A stretch of 64,000 bases of DNA from Myxococcota bacterium (GTDB lineage: Bacteria > Myxococcota_A > UBA9160 > SZUA-336): positions 1,568,001 to 1,632,000 of the forward strand of contig CBDFGR010000003.1 in assembly GCA_965247115.1 (NCBI GenBank), given 5' to 3'. Below the pieces are notes generated by a model. The model saw only the letters and a program-made list of their open reading frames with translations, was not told where the DNA came from and did no database searches. The first letter of the stretch is position 1; each line of letters opens with the position of its first letter. Position numbers and translations under genes: made by a program. Positions 59,326 through 64,000 of the stretch are shown one piece after another.

Positions 59326-60600
59326 CAGGCTGCTGAAAAACTCCTCATCGAAGGGTACCTTGGGAGCGAGCCCCAAAGGGGGAGGCGTGAGAGGACAGGG
59401 GACGCTTCAGGGCGGGATGTTCAGCTACGTGTCGCTGGAGTCGCGGATTCCGGATGATCATCCGCTTCGAGCGATGCGGCGCATGGTCGACACGGCGCTG
59501 CAGCGGCTATCGCCGCGCTTCGACGCGATCTACGCCAGAGGCGTAGGGCGCCCGTCCGTGCCCCCGGAGCAGCTGCTGCGCGCCCTGCTGCTGCAGGTGC
59601 TCTACACCATCCGGAGCGAGCGGCAGCTGGTGGAGCAGCTGGAGTACAACCTGCTGTATCGCTGGTTCGTGGGTCTGGAGCTTGACGAGGTGGTGTTCAG
59701 CGCCACGGTGTTCACGAAGAACCGAGACCGGCTGCTCAAGGGCGAGATTGCCGAGCACTTCTTCGACGCAGTGCTGGAGCAGGCCGAGACCGAGGGATGG
59801 GTGTCGTTGGAGCACTTCACGGTAGACGGGACGCTGATCGAGGCGTGGGCGAGCCAGAAGAGCTTCGTACGGAAGGACGAGGAACGGAGAGACGACGATG
59901 ACCCGGGCAACCCGACGGTGAACTTCCGAGGCGAGAAGCGGAGCAACCAGACGCATGCGTCGACGACGGATCCCGACGCACGACTCGCCGGTATGAGAGG
60001 CCAAGGCGCCCGACTCGCGTACCAGGGACACGTGGTGACGGAGAACCGGAACGGCTTGGTGGTCGCGGCGAAGCTCACGCAGGCGTCGGGATATGCGGAG
60101 CGCGAAGCGGCGCTCGAGATGGTGGAAGGTCTGGGAGGCGGGCGTCGGAGGACATTGGGCGGAGACAAGGGCTTCGACACGAAGGGGTTCGTGGAAGAGC
60201 TTCGAGAGTTGGGCGTGACCCCACACGTGGCGCAGAACACGACGAATCGACGCAGCGCGATCGACGGGCGGACGACGCGCCACCGGGGCTACGAACTGAG
60301 TCAGCGTTTTCGCAAACGGGTGGAAGAGGTCTTCGGCTGGATGAAGACCGTGGGGCTGATGCGCAAGACCCGACACCGCGGCACGGATCGGGTCGGCTGG
60401 GTCTTCACCTTCACGGCCGCAGCCTACAACCTGATCCGGATCCGCAAGCTGCTGGAGGCCACGTAGGTCATGTGCGAAACCGCCCCGCGATCAGCGGAGC
60501 CCAAGACCGGTTCGAACCGGGAATCGCGCCCCGCCCCTCGGCCGGTGAACCCCCTCGTCGGAAGGACCACCCCTCAACCAGTCACTTTCTCCGCAGCCTG
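59326..60600 (+). mobile_element. IS5-family insertion sequence, about 1275 bp, CTAG target-site duplication
   Basis: IRs CAGGCTGCTGAAAAA / TTTCTCCGCAGCCTG; CTAG at 59322-59325 and 60601-60604. Confidence 0.92.
59387..60466 (+). CDS. IS5-family DDE transposase
   Basis: HPLR, GRPSVPPE, YNLLYRWFVG, VDGTLIEAWAS, GDKGFD, RKRVEEVFGW; GGAGG RBS. Confidence 0.93.
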   Translation: MRGQGTLQGGMFSYVSLESRIPDDHPLRAMRRMVDTALQRLSPRFDAIYARGVGRPSVPPEQLLRALLLQVLYTIRSERQLVEQLEYNLLYRWFVGLELDEVVFSATVFTKNRDRLLKGEIAEHFFDAVLEQAETEGWVSLEHFTVDGTLIEAWASQKSFVRKDEERRDDDDPGNPTVNFRGEKRSNQTHASTTDPDARLAGMRGQGARLAYQGHVVTENRNGLVVAAKLTQASGYAEREAALEMVEGLGGGRRRTLGGDKGFDTKGFVEELRELGVTPHVAQNTTNRRSAIDGRTTRHRGYELSQRFRKRVEEVFGWMKTVGLMRKTRHRGTDRVGWVFTFTAAAYNLIRIRKLLEAT

Positions 60601-63403
60601 CTAGGCGTGACCGTCAAGAAGAAGCTCTCGTTCCCGCTGCTCCTCATCTCGCTCATCTCGCCCGAAGGGACGTACGACGCGAGCTTCCTGACGAACTACG
60701 CGACGATCAACATCATTGACGCGCTCGCGAGGATTCGCGGGGTCGGCCAGGCGGAGGTGTTCGGGGGCAGCACTACCGAGTACGCGATGCGCGTCTGGAT
60801 CAAGCCGGACCAGCTCGCAAAGCTGAACCTGACCGTCCCGGACATCACGAACGCGATCCGCGAGCAGAACGTTCTCGTGCCCGCGGGACAGATCGGCGGG
60901 CCCCCGGCTCCACAAGGGACCGACTTCACGTATACGGTTCAGAGCGCTGGGCGCCTCGAGCGGGCAGAGCAGTTCGGCGACGTCGTGGTCCGGTCGAATC
61001 CCGACGGATCCCAGGTCCTGATGAAGGACGTCGCCAGGATCGAGCTGGGGACGCAGAACTACCTGCTCAACTCGAGGCTCGATGGCGCAGAGACAGCGCC
61101 CATCCAGATCTATCAGCTCCCCGACGCCAACGGTCTCGAGGTGGCGAGCCAGGTGATCGCTGCAATGGAGGAGGTCTCCGAGCGCTTTCCAGACGACGTC
61201 GAGTACGTGATCTCGCTGGATACGACCAAGCCGATCACGGCTGGCATCCGCGAGATCGTGATCACCCTGTTCCAGGCCGTGGGTCTGGTCATCCTCGTGG
61301 TGTACATCTTTCTGCAGGACGCGCGCGCCACGCTGATTCCAACACTGACGGTTCCCGTATCACTCATCGGCACGTTCGCAGTGTTCCCGCTGCTCGGCTT
61401 CTCGGTGAACACACTGTCGCTGCTGGGGTTGGTGCTGGCGATCGGTATCGTGGTGGATGACGCCATCGTCGTTGTCGAGGCGGTGTCGGCCAAGATGGCT
61501 GGCGGCATGTCGGCCAGCGATGCCACGGTCGAGGCGATGCGGGAGGTCTCCGCGCCCATCATCGCCACGTCCCTATCCTTGATTGCAGTCTTCGTCCCGG
61601 TGGCCGCGATGGGGGGAATTACGGGTCGGCTCTATCAGCAGTTCGCGATCACCATCGCCATCTCGGTGGCGATCTCCTCGATCAACGCACTAACCCTGAG
61701 CCCCGCGCTAGCCGCCACGCTGCTTAAGCCGCCCGGAGAAAAGAAGAGCGTGTTCGACAAGTTCTTCGCCGCGTTCAACCGCGTACTGGAGAAGACGACC
61801 CAACGCTTCATGATGATGACTGGTTGGTTCACGGAGCGAGTGGCCAGAGCGGGTCTCCTCCTCGCCGTACTCATCGCCGGGACCGTCGCGCTGTTCGCGA
61901 TCGTGCCCGGAGGCTTCGTCCCGGAGGAAGACCAGGGCTACGTCATGGCGACGTTCCTGCTGCCCGACGGCGCATCACTGCAGCGCACGGATGCCGTCAT
62001 GAGAGACGTGGAGCGGGTAGTCGGGCAGATCGATGCCGTTCAGAACTCGACGGCCATCGCCGGCTTCAGCATGCTGAGCGGCATCTTCCAGCCGAACGCG
62101 GGCTTTGTCTTCATTCAGCTGAAGGACTGGGACGAGCGGCCCGATCGGGAGGATCACGCCACCAGCGTGGTGCGCCGCCTGAACGCGGGGTTTGCCACGC
62201 AGGTGACGGGCGGCATTGCGTTCGCCTTCGGCCCGCCCGCGATTCCAGGCCTGGGCACGGGCTCCGGCTTCTCGATGATGCTCCAGGACAGGAGCGGCAG
62301 TTCGCCGAGCTACCTGGCCGAACAGGTGCAGCGCTTTGTTCAGGCCGCGAACGAGGACCCCGTGATTGCCCGCTCGTTCAGTCTCTACCGTGCCAACGTC
62401 CCCCAGATCTTCCTGGACGTCGACGAAGCCAAGGTGCTCAAGCTCGGCATTCCGCTCGCTGACGTGAACACCTCGATCGGGGCCTTTCTGGGTGGTGCGT
62501 ACGTCAACGACTTCAACCGGTTTGGTCGTCTCTACAAGGTGTACGTGCAGGCTGAGCCCGAGTATCGGGCGGACGCGGATGCCGTCCGTCTCTTCTACGT
62601 GCGCAACTCGGAAGGTGAGATGGTCCCGCTCTCGACCTTCGTGACGATGACTCGCACGGCGGGGCCCGAGTACACGAATCGCTTCAATCTGTTCCGATCC
62701 GCAGAGGTGTCGGGCCAGAGCGCGCCGGGCTACAGCTCCACGCAAGCGCTGGGCGCTCTAGAAGACATTGCCGACGAGATCCTGCCGCCGGACATGTCTT
62801 ACGCCTGGAGCGGCATGTCCTATCAGGAGATGGCAGCAGCGGGCAGCGGTGGCGCGGTGTTCGTGATGGCCCTCGTGTTCGTCTTTCTCATACTCGCGGC
62901 TCAGTACGAGAGCTGGTCCACGCCGCTCTCGGTGCTTCTGGGTACGCCCATCGCTGTGTTTGGTGCAATCGCGGGGCTCTTCGTGATGCGCGTGTTCAGC
63001 GAGAGCTACGTGAACAACGTGTTCGCGCAGATCGGCCTGGTCATGCTCATCGGCCTGGCGGCCAAGAACGCCATCTTGATCGTCGAGTTTGCCAAGGTCG
63101 AGTACGAGAAGGGGAAGAGCGCGCGCGAGGCCGCCATGGAGGCAGCCCGCCAGCGCTTCCGCCCGATCCTCATGACTGCGTTCTCCTTCATCCTGGGCGT
63201 GCTGCCTCTTCTCGTTGCCAGCGGCGCGGGCGCCGAGGCGAGGAAGGTCATGGGCATGACCGTGTTCAGCGGCATGCTAGTGGCCACCGCCGTCGGTGTG
63301 CTGCTGGTACCGGCGCTCTTCGTGATGGTCGAGCGCCACCTTGGCGGGCGTAAGGCCAGCGTGACCGACGCCGCCACGCCTGCCGCAGAGGAGACCCGCT
63401 GAG

Positions 63404-64000
63404 GTGTGGCTGCGCGTGCTCCGGGCGGGACTCGCTCTCGTCGTCGCAGGCTGTGCTCTCACGCCGGACTACGAGCGTCCGGATCTCGACATCCCCGCGG
63501 AGTACGTGGAGCCGCGCCCCTCCGGCGAGTCGATCGCAAACCTGGACTGGTGGGAGCTGTTTCAAGACGAGCAGCTGCAGGAGCTGGTACGCATCGCGCT
63601 GGCCGAGAACAAGGACCTCGGCAGCGCGCTTGCCCGTATCTCGGAGGCTCGCTCGCAGGTCACGGTCGTCCGCGCGAATCAGTTTCCGTTCCTGGACATC
63701 TTCGGCTTCGGGGGTCGCGGCAAGGCGAGCGAGATCGTGATCCCCGGAGCGAGTACCCGCGACAACTTCGAAGTCGCAGCGGATCTCTCCTTTGAGCTCG
63801 ACCTCTGGAAGCGGCTCTCGAGAGCCACGGAGGCCGCGAAGGCCGACCTGCTGGCGACGGAGGCCGCGTATCGGAACGTGACGATCAGTCTCGTCGCGAA
63901 TGTGGCGAGCTTCTACCTGTTGCTGCGCGATCTGGACGGGCGACTTGCCATCTCGGAACGCACGGTGGCCGGCCGGCGCGACAGCCTGAGGATCATTCAG
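63404..64000 (+). CDS. Outer-membrane efflux lipoprotein (NodT/OprM family), 3' partial
   Basis: Lipobox VAGC, PDYERP, WWELFQD, NKDL, SFELDLW. Confidence 0.9.
   Translation, partial: MWLRVLRAGLALVVAGCALTPDYERPDLDIPAEYVEPRPSGESIANLDWWELFQDEQLQELVRIALAENKDLGSALARISEARSQVTVVRANQFPFLDIFGFGGRGKASEIVIPGASTRDNFEVAADLSFELDLWKRLSRATEAAKADLLATEAAYRNVTISLVANVASFYLLLRDLDGRLAISERTVAGRRDSLRIIQ

Larger units (their letters stand above)
58950..63402 (+). pseudogene. HAE1 RND permease (AcrB/MexB-like) interrupted by IS
   Basis: FFVRRP, QYPEITPP; removing the IS plus one CTAG restores EEVKRLGVTVKK; IVVDDAIVVVE, KNAILIVEFA, RFRPILMT. Confidence 0.92.

Noticed and set aside
1..64000. Reassignment of UGA to a sense codon genome-wide
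   Set aside because: Many genes end properly at TGA with ATGA/TGATG coupling; only two in-frame TGAs were found

Overview
GC-rich bacterial window with about 60 genes and no rRNA, tRNA or CRISPR array seen. 1-14 kb is a surface-glycan locus: four or five glycosyltransferase-like genes, a PIG-L deacetylase, several methyltransferases, and a nonulosonic-acid module (NeuB synthase, CMP-transferase, Gfo/Idh/MocA, SDR, epimerase) behind a sigma54-type motif. 14-57 kb is mixed metabolism: three class III CoA-transferase genes, an ECF sigma/anti-sigma pair, kynA-kynU, glnS, the AmmeMemoRadiSam trio, coaE, a MetX-family acyltransferase, a ClC channel and amidohydrolases. 57.6-64 kb is a damaged RND efflux operon carrying an IS5-family insertion with a CTAG target duplication. 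Highlights the ORF track misses: (i) an orphan GrdB/PrdB-like selenoprotein split at an in-frame UGA (UxxC) with a SECIS-like hairpin; (ii) a GlnRS with clustered substitutions in its ATP-site motifs; (iii) a ~95-bp three-hairpin repeat family (4 copies, covarying stems), two copies of which form a nested inverted-repeat element around a perfect 32-bp IR; (iv) at least five gene-inactivating lesions. All product calls come from motif recognition by eye; no database searches were run.
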